DNA of 11,291 nucleotides, taken from Myxococcota bacterium. Lineage in GTDB: Bacteria > Myxococcota > UBA4151. Positions 7,201 to 11,291 of the stretch are shown piece after piece; position 1 is the stretch's first letter; every line of letters begins with the position of its first letter. The stretch lies in the NCBI GenBank assembly GCA_036338695.1, contig JAYZBQ010000090.1:1-11291 (forward strand). The letters run 5' to 3'. The position numbers and the translations under genes were made by a program. A model generated the notes under the pieces. It was not told the origin of the DNA, made no database searches, and saw nothing but the letters and a program-made list of their open reading frames with translations.

Positions 7201-8172
7201 TCAGAGAACGTCGGCGACTGCAGCGCGGATACGACGCGCCACCAAGCGCTCTTCGTCGACGAACGCACGCCGCGCAGCTGCGCCGACGCGCTCAAGTTGC
7301 TCCTTGCCCATGGCCAAGACATCCGTCATGGCTCGCTCGATCGAAGCCGGGCTCACGAAGTATCGCCTGCCCATGAAGTGCGGCTCCTGCCGGGAGGGCG
7401 CGATCATTACACCGCAACTCCCGTCGATCCTCTCGTTCATCGGCGCGCCGTCGGTCACCAACACGGCGGCCTTCGCGCTCATCGCTCCTGCCAGCGAGTG
7501 CCCGTATCCCTCCATCTCGGTCGGCTGGACGCTGATCCCACAGCCGTTGACCAGCGCGCGCAGTTCGGCGTCGGGCAGGTAGCGCTCCACGAGGGTCAGG
7601 TTGGTGGGGAGCGCCGACGGTCGCCGCACTGGGACGCGCGTCACGATCGTCAAGTGCGGCCACTCGGGGTGCCTCAACCACGTGTCTAACAGCACTTGCG
7701 TCCCCTTCCACGCGCTCGATCCGTTGACGTGCAAGCAGCGATCGAAGCGATCTCGCCGCTCTCCGACCTTCGGGTCGTAGAGGTCGCGGCTGCTGAACCC
7801 GATGTAACGCGTCGTGCAGCCGAGGTCGCGGAACACCTCGACCGCCGCCTCGCTCTTACACCAGACCTCTTGGACGTGGCGGAGCTGCGGGACGTCCTCG
7901 ACGCTGAACCATTCCTGGTTTGGGATCAGGCAATTGACCTCCGCGTCCGGCAGCGACCACTTGAAGGGCGCCTGGATCAGAATGTTGAGCCGAAATCGGT
8001 GGCGCCGGCGGTCCAGGAGCCGCGTCATCCGCACGAGCTTCTGCGTCCTGCTGAGCGCAGGCGGCTGTCCCCAGGAGACGTCGCACTCCGAGCCCTGCAG
8101 CGCCGAGCGGATGACGTCGACGTCCATGGCCATGCCTGAGTGATCCGGCGCAACGATCTGGATGGAGTGCAT
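7201..8172 (-). CDS. Glycosyltransferase, GT-B fold (GT4-like)
   Basis: 323 aa, GC3-rich. It has the C-terminal nucleotide-sugar-binding region VQPTEMEGYGHSLAGAMSAKAAVLVTDGAPMNE (compare GT4 PSxxEGFGxxxxEAMxxGxPVIxT), preceded by HVNGSSAWKGT...WLRHPEWPHL. Confidence 0.85.
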   Translation of the reverse strand: MHSIQIVAPDHSGMAMDVDVIRSALQGSECDVSWGQPPALSRTQKLVRMTRLLDRRRHRFRLNILIQAPFKWSLPDAEVNCLIPNQEWFSVEDVPQLRHVQEVWCKSEAAVEVFRDLGCTTRYIGFSSRDLYDPKVGERRDRFDRCLHVNGSSAWKGTQVLLDTWLRHPEWPHLTIVTRVPVRRPSALPTNLTLVERYLPDAELRALVNGCGISVQPTEMEGYGHSLAGAMSAKAAVLVTDGAPMNERIDGSCGVMIAPSRQEPHFMGRRYFVSPASIERAMTDVLAMGKEQLERVGAAARRAFVDEERLVARRIRAAVADVL

Positions 8173-8771
8173 ACTTCGCGAGAAATCCTAGCCCCAACGT
8201 CGGTGGCAGCGCCCTGCCCGAGGGCCGACGAGCGCAGGATCGAGGCGCTGATGCAGCCTAGCGACCTCTCAGCAGCGCGTGTTGTCGCACACGCTGCGTT
8301 GTCAGAAACCCCTGCTGACTTCGACCTTGGCGGCGTACTCCGCCGACACGCCACGGCCCGAGAGCCTGCGCGCAGCTGGCGCAACCTGTTACGGCGCCAA
8401 GCCTTTGACGCGATAAGACGCGATGATTCTCCAGCTCCGCATGTCGGCGTTTCGAGCGACGGTCCGCCCAACCCGAACCTACCGGGGCGTCGGTCCGTCC
8501 CTCAGACGCACAGGGCAACTCGCCGCCGCGCGCTCTGCCAGCTCTCCTTGGTGCCGCTGCCCCAGCCAGCTACTCGCCCCCCCTACAAGAACGCCTCCCC
8601 GAAGCCTGACCGGAGGCGCGGCTGCCAGCACGTCGCTGGGTCTCACGCGCGACGTGATGCGCACAGCTCATCTGCGTGCACACCGAGGGCTGAGCTACGA
8701 GCTGTTCATGGCCGTGGCCTTGTAAGCTCGACCTCCGGCAAACCACCCCGGCCCTGCTTCGCGAACGGGTT

Positions 8772-8829
8772 CGCGATGAAGATGCGCGCGAGGGAGAGCC
8801 TCGGCTGGCCGAGGCGGATCTTCATCGCG
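8772..8829. repeat. Nested palindrome (REP-like or structured element)
   Basis: cgcgatgaagat (8772-8783) is the perfect reverse complement of atcttcatcgcg (8818-8829). It encloses a second hairpin gcctcgg-ctgg-ccgaggc (8798-8815). Confidence 0.75.
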
Positions 8830-8899
8830 TAGGCCGTCGCGCCGGTGAGGAGAGGCCACCGCGGGATAAGGAACAGCGACCCGGCGATTCGCACGAAAA

Positions 8900-8925
8900 T
8901 GCCATAATATCGCAGCCTGAGAGGA
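8900..8925 (+). promoter_or_regulatory. Putative extended -10 promoter (TGcCATAAT) and Shine-Dalgarno (GAGGA) of the kinase gene
   Basis: tg-c-cataat at 8900-8908 lies in a locally AT-rich patch. gagga at 8921-8925 is 8 nt before ATG 8934. No convincing -35. Confidence 0.55.
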
Positions 8926-8933
8926 CCCACAGA

Positions 8934-11291
8934 ATGACTTCCGAATCCCAACCGCCGAGTGGCCCCGACGATTCCCAGCCCGACGAATCACCGACGCAGT
9001 CGAGCCAGCCACAAACTACCGCCGGCGCGCCGAGCGACAGCGACAGCGACAGCGGTAGCGGTAGCAGCAGCTTCGACAGCGTGCAGTCGACCGCGACCAA
9101 CGACCTGCTGCTGAAGATTCAGTCGGCGCCCAAGCTCGACCAAGAGCGCTTCCGCGCCGAGGACGAGATCGGCAAAGGTGGCGTCGGCGCGGTCACCCGC
9201 GTGCACGACAAGGTCCTGAACCGCAGCCTCGCGATGAAGACCTTGCTCGACCGCGCTGCGCCGCGAGACGAGGAGGAGCGGCGCATGGAGAGCCAGCGGC
9301 TCGGCCGCTTCCTCGAAGAGGCCCAGGTCACCAGCCAGCTCGACCACCCCGGCGTCGTGCCGGTCCACGAGCTCGGCCTCGACCAGGACGGCAAGGTGTT
9401 CTTCACGATGCGGCTCGTCAAAGGCCGCACCGTCGGTGAAGTGTTCGACGACGTCGCCAACCAGCGCGAAGACTGGACGCTGACCCGCGCGCTCGAGGTC
9501 GTGCTCAAGATGTGCGACACGATGGCGTATGCGCACGAAAAGCGGGTGCTCCACCGCGACCTAAAGCCAGCCAACGTGATGGTCGGCCGCTTCGGCGAGG
9601 TCTACGTGATGGACTGGGGCCTCGCCAAGATCTTAGGGCAAGACGACCGACACGACCTGCGCATCGACAAAGACGCCGCCTCCCAGGCGTCGGTGCTGCA
9701 GAGCGTGCGCGGCATCGACGCGCAAGCTGACGCCACCGCCTCGGTCGTGACGCTCGACGGCACGGCGCTCGGCACCCCGAGCTATATGCCGCCTGAGCAG
9801 GCCAAGGGCGAAGACCTCGACCTGCGCGCCGACGTCTACGCCATCGGCGCGATGCTCTACCAGCTGCTGACGGGTCAGGTCCCCTACGTCGCCCCAGGCG
9901 CGCCTAAGCAGGCCTACCGGATCCTCGAAGACGTTTGGCGCGGCCCGCCGGAGCCGATCGAAAAGCTCCGCGCCGGCGTGCCGCCGGCGCTGGTAGCGAT
10001 CACTGAGAAGGCGATGGCCCGCGAGCGCGAAGACCGCTACGCGAGCGTCGCCGATCTCGCCGACGACCTGCGCGCCTTCTTAGAGAACCGGGTCGTCAGC
10101 GCTCACCGCACCGGCGCGCTGGTCGAGATGAAGAAGTGGGTCCAGCGCAACAAGGCGTTCGCCGCAGCCGCTGCTGCCGCGGCCGTGTCCTTGGTCGCTG
10201 GCATCATCGTCACCTGGCAGCTCAATCAGGAGACGCAAGCGGCGCTGAACACCGCGGTCGCGGCGCGAGAAGAGGCAGACACGGCGCGAGAAGAGGCGGT
10301 CCAGGCGCAAGGACGAGCGGTGCGCCTGGCTTACTCCGCGCAGTTCGGCGCCGCGAGCATCGCGCAGAAGAGCGGCAACGTCGCCGAGACGCAGTCGCTG
10401 CTCGCGCGCTGCCAAGAGGAGCAGCGCAATTGGGAATGGGACCACCTTTCGATGGGCCTGGACCCGTCAGACCTCAACGTCAAGCTCGGTTGGCCTGGAT
10501 GTCGGGCTATGGACCTCAGCCCAGACTCGACACGTATCGCCATCGCTAAAAGTGACGGCAAGGTTGTGCTCAAGGACGCAGCGACCGGCGACACCGTACG
10601 TGAGCTCTCCGGGTCCTTCGACGAAGACTACCGCACGTGCATGCGGTGGGACCCCACTGGTGAGCGCCTTGTCACGTGCTCCGACGATCGCCAAGCGGTC
10701 ATTTGGGACATCGCCTCGGGCACGACGAAATCTATCGCGCTAGGAGACGCGTCGGCGAGGGCCGTCGCGTGGAGCCCTGATGGTCTGCGCTTCGCGGCTG
10801 GCTGTGACGACGGCATCATCCGCGTGTGCGACGCGGGCACCGAACAGGTCGTGATGTCAATTGAGGGTCACGACAGCACCTACGATTTCGAGGGCAAACC
10901 AATGGCCAGCAGCGTGATTGCGATCGCATGGAGCCCGGATGGGACGAAGATCGCGTCAGGGGCATGGGATTCCACGGGCCGAATCTGGAACGCGTCGACG
11001 GGCAAATGCTTGCAGACCCTGACGGGTCACGGGACGGAGGAAATTATCGGTTCGTACAATCGAAGGATCCGCCAAACGCAAGGGGGGGCAGTCCACGCGA
11101 TCGCATGGAGCCCGAACGGCGAGCAGGTATTGACTGGATCTCTTGATCATACCGTGCGCGTCTGGGAGGCCTCGACGGGGTACTGCCTGCACACGCTGGA
11201 AGGGCACAGCGACAAGGTCAAGGCCGTAGACTGGTGCCCAGACGGCGTGAGGGTTGTATCAGCGGGAGAAACGATCCGCGTCTGGGATGCA
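8934..11291 (+). CDS. Hanks-type Ser/Thr protein kinase with TM helix and WD40 repeats (3'-truncated by the window)
   Basis: Manually translated; open for 786 codons to the window end. Motifs: GKGGVGAV (9171), AMK (9231), RFLEEAQ, HRDLKPAN (9552), DWGLAK (9612), GTPSYMPPEQ (9771), DVYAIG. TM segment AFAAAAAAAAVSLVAGIIVTW (10155-10217), helical linker ending RNWEW, then at least 6 WD40 repeats (e.g. AIAWSPDGTKIASGAWDSTGRIWN). Confidence 0.95.
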   Translation, partial: MTSESQPPSGPDDSQPDESPTQSSQPQTTAGAPSDSDSDSGSGSSSFDSVQSTATNDLLLKIQSAPKLDQERFRAEDEIGKGGVGAVTRVHDKVLNRSLAMKTLLDRAAPRDEEERRMESQRLGRFLEEAQVTSQLDHPGVVPVHELGLDQDGKVFFTMRLVKGRTVGEVFDDVANQREDWTLTRALEVVLKMCDTMAYAHEKRVLHRDLKPANVMVGRFGEVYVMDWGLAKILGQDDRHDLRIDKDAASQASVLQSVRGIDAQADATASVVTLDGTALGTPSYMPPEQAKGEDLDLRADVYAIGAMLYQLLTGQVPYVAPGAPKQAYRILEDVWRGPPEPIEKLRAGVPPALVAITEKAMAREREDRYASVADLADDLRAFLENRVVSAHRTGALVEMKKWVQRNKAFAAAAAAAAVSLVAGIIVTWQLNQETQAALNTAVAAREEADTAREEAVQAQGRAVRLAYSAQFGAASIAQKSGNVAETQSLLARCQEEQRNWEWDHLSMGLDPSDLNVKLGWPGCRAMDLSPDSTRIAIAKSDGKVVLKDAATGDTVRELSGSFDEDYRTCMRWDPTGERLVTCSDDRQAVIWDIASGTTKSIALGDASARAVAWSPDGLRFAAGCDDGIIRVCDAGTEQVVMSIEGHDSTYDFEGKPMASSVIAIAWSPDGTKIASGAWDSTGRIWNASTGKCLQTLTGHGTEEIIGSYNRRIRQTQGGAVHAIAWSPNGEQVLTGSLDHTVRVWEASTGYCLHTLEGHSDKVKAVDWCPDGVRVVSAGETIRVWDA
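9033..9071 (+). repeat. In-frame short tandem repeat (agcgac)3(agcggt)2(agc)3 encoding SDSDSDSGSGSSS
   Basis: Read directly from the sequence, within the low-complexity N-terminal tail of the kinase. Confidence 0.85.

Noticed and set aside
7070..7232. Hairpin tctacgg/ccgtaga (7072-7104) and 13-bp direct repeat gcagcgcggatac (7169-7181, 7220-7232) as an attC site or target-site duplication
   Set aside because: Arm geometry does not fit attC, and the direct repeats enclose only 38 bp with no mobile element.
8140..8832. 230-aa + strand ORF
   Set aside because: It is Arg/Pro/Ala-rich with no motif and weak codon bias, overlaps the GT start and runs through a palindrome. It is likely a chance ORF in high-GC DNA.
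8988..9574. Minus-strand ORFs 8988-9554 and 9119-9574, and other short ORFs in 9512-11207
   Set aside because: They are shadow ORFs of the kinase-WD40 gene, which has all catalytic motifs on the + strand.
9612..9620. DWG instead of DFG in the kinase as a sign of a pseudokinase
   Set aside because: The catalytic Asp, Lys and HRDLKPxN are intact, and DWG is a familiar variant in this type of bacterial Hanks kinase.

Overview
High-GC bacterial window whose gene content suggests Planctomycetota (inference, mainly from the DWG-type Ser/Thr kinase-TM-WD40 gene). Four genes are well supported: a small lipoprotein with a 3x30-bp repeat right after the lipidated Cys (321-845, +); a ~1550-aa exported protein with three Ig-like modules, an inserted beta-propeller and 14 FG-GAP/VCBS repeats (1116-5774, +); a GT-B glycosyltransferase (7201-8172, -); and a Hanks-type kinase with a TM helix and at least 6 WD40 repeats (8934 to beyond the window end, +), which is missing from the ORF track because it has no stop inside the window. 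Between them lie a beta-carbonic anhydrase C-terminal remnant (69-197, -), a probably decayed secreted-protein gene (~6031-7032, -) and two inverted-repeat elements (870-977 and 8772-8829). I see no rRNA, tRNA, CRISPR, integrase or transposase. I cannot support a clearly novel multi-gene system. The best leads are the nested domain architecture of the giant protein and the 108-bp inverted-repeat element upstream of it.
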